DNA of 64,000 nt from Chiloscyllium plagiosum (taxonomy: Eukaryota). The notes beneath the pieces are model-generated. The model did no database searches, was not told the DNA's origin, and saw only the letters and a list, made by a program, of their open reading frames with translations. Positions 62,005 to 64,000 of this stretch are shown piece by piece. Numbering within the stretch: position 1 is the stretch's first letter; every line of letters begins with the position of its first letter. The stretch is taken from the NCBI RefSeq assembly GCF_004010195.1, contig NC_057750.1:12065144-12129143 (forward strand). Reading direction: 5' to 3'. Both the position numbers and the translations under genes were made by a program.

Positions 62005-62930
62005 AATAAACATAGAAACATAGAGATGTACAGCACAGAAACAGAGTCTTTGTTCCAACTTATCCATGCCAACCAAATATCCTAAATTAATCTCATCTCA
62101 TTTGCCAGCACTTGACCCATATCCCTCTAAACCCTGCCTATTCATATATCCATCCAGATGCCTTTTGAATGTTGTTATTGTACCAGCCTCCACCACTCCC
62201 TCTGGCAGCTCATTCCATACACGCACCACCCTCTGCATGAAAGAAAGTTGCCCCTTAGGTCCCTTTTAAATCTTTCCCCTCTCACCCTAAACCTATGCCC
62301 TCTAGTTTTAGAATCCCCTACCCTAGGGAAAAAGATGTTGTACATTTACTCTATCCATGCCCATATGGTTTCACAAACCTCTATAAAGTCACCCTTCAAC
62401 CTCCAACAGTCCAGGAAAAATAGCCCCTATGTATTCAGCCTCTCCTTATAGCTCAAATCTTCCAATCCCACCAACATCCTTGTCAATATTTTCTGTACCC
62501 TTTCAAGTTTAAATGACATCTTTCCTTTTGTCAGGGAGTCCAGAATTGAATGCAGTATTCCAAAGTGACCTCACCAATGTCCTGCAAAATGACATCCCAA
62601 CTCCTTTAATCAAAGCACTGACAAAGCAAGTGTACCAAACACCTTCTTCACTAGCCTGACCACTTGTGACTCCAACATCGAAGAACTATGAACTTGCATC
62701 CAAGGTCGCTTTGTTTGGCAACTCTCCCCAGGTCCCTACCTTTAAGTGTATAAGCCCTGCCCTGCCTTACCAAAATGCAACACCTCACATTTATCTAAAT
62801 TAAACTCCATCTGCCACTCCCCGGTCCATCTGATCAAGGTCCTGTTATACTCTGAGGTAATCTTCTTCACCATCCACTACACCACCAATTTTGGTGTCAT
62901 CTGCAAACTTTCTAACCATTATTCCCAATA
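62005..62930 (-). mobile_element. CR1 3' ~0.9 kb
   Basis: Reverse complement of the same subfamily as 1-2060 and 44343-44797; FADDTK near 62900. Confidence 0.9.
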
Positions 62931-64000
62931 ACCCTCTACCATCACCCACTATTTCCTATCTTTTGTATCCTTGGATTCTTTTTTCAGAACATTCAACAAC
63001 TCAATAAATAGGGAGAAACTAGAGAGAGAGCAAAACAAAAGAAAGACAGTCTCCAAAATCACACTGTCTCCTGCCAAACTCTACCAGAACTGATTCTTTC
63101 TTTTCTGTTTACAATCAACATTTTCCGTGGTTAGGGCCGGTCCTCCCTTGATTGACTGATTCAATATTCAACCAGCTGCCATCCCTAAGCATAGCACCTA
63201 CTCATTGCTGGTTCATCAACAGTATCTGGCGATCAATAATTAAGTTACATTATGTTCAGACTAGTTGCCAACAGAACCATCTGTCTTTGTTCTCTTCTCT
63301 TTTAAAACAAACTGCGATTCAAAGTTCACCTCTTAACTTCAATATTCAGTTCCAAACCAAAAATTGAGAAAAATAAAAGAAAATTAGTGATGATCTTGAT
63401 GCCAGTTAAATTAAGCTCAGACTAATGAATGGTTAAGCAATAATTTGTACGCTTGTTGGGAATTTTAAAGCAACTGATAGGGTAAGGAAAGAGAAACCCT
63501 TTGGGGCAGCCAAGAGAATCCAACCTTAAACGTTCAGAGATGGACAGGCCATTCTGCAAAGAAGTTAGGATACATTTCCTCAAGGAAAGACTATTACAAG
63601 TCATAGAATCATGATGGGCTGACGATTCCCTTCACACCGCTGAGCGAATCAGTGCTGGGAAACCAAATTGGAGGCATGCTGTACAGCAATGTTGTAATTA
63701 ACAGGTCATTCCCATTGCCTACAACATAGCAGGTCGCTATCCAATGCTAATGTAAAGAGATGCTGAGTTCACTATTGAAATGCCTGCACCAGATGTAATT
63801 TCACTTGGGTTGTTATTTTTGTTGAGGCAACTTGATTCCTGAAGGTAAGTCAGTTCAACCGTAGGGAATCCAACTGTGGGACCAGGAATGTCTTGACAGG
63901 TAAATTTAAAAGTTCTTGCCAGTTTCAACTCTCATAATTAGATGTTCTTTGATAAGTGAAATATGTGGTTATTGGCCATTGGACTGTGCTGCTAAAAAAT

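Noticed and set aside
47161..64000. Further SLC8A2 exons
   Set aside because: No K(T/I)..K(I/V)(I/V)DDEEYEK-like or alpha-2 repeat sequence found by eye; very short cassette exons could be missed.

Overview
Vertebrate genomic DNA, most likely a shark or other elasmobranch (HE1-type V-SINEs, CR1 LINEs, DeuSINEs), with one 292-N scaffold gap. The only protein-coding feature I can support is the large first coding exon of a Na+/Ca2+ exchanger whose residues match NCX2/SLC8A2 (exon 45325-47154, CDS from 45380, + strand). Here this exon is a single 1830-nt exon, whereas mammalian SLC8A2 splits this region. A CpG-retaining segment at ~16.5-17.1 kb carries four NF-kB-consensus decamers, a YY1 motif and a splice donor, and is a candidate promoter and non-coding exon 1. 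The rest is largely nested retroelements, one MITE, and three minisatellites (~40, 23 and 24 bp units); the first two appear to share an ancestral ~20-mer. The most unusual recurring signal is a set of short Penelope-like-element (PLE) derivatives from several families. They carry minimal hammerhead-ribozyme motifs, many are fold-back palindromes with 10-15 bp target duplications, and their inversion or truncation points cluster in or next to the ribozyme, in one case at the predicted scissile bond. All family assignments are by eye; no searches were run.
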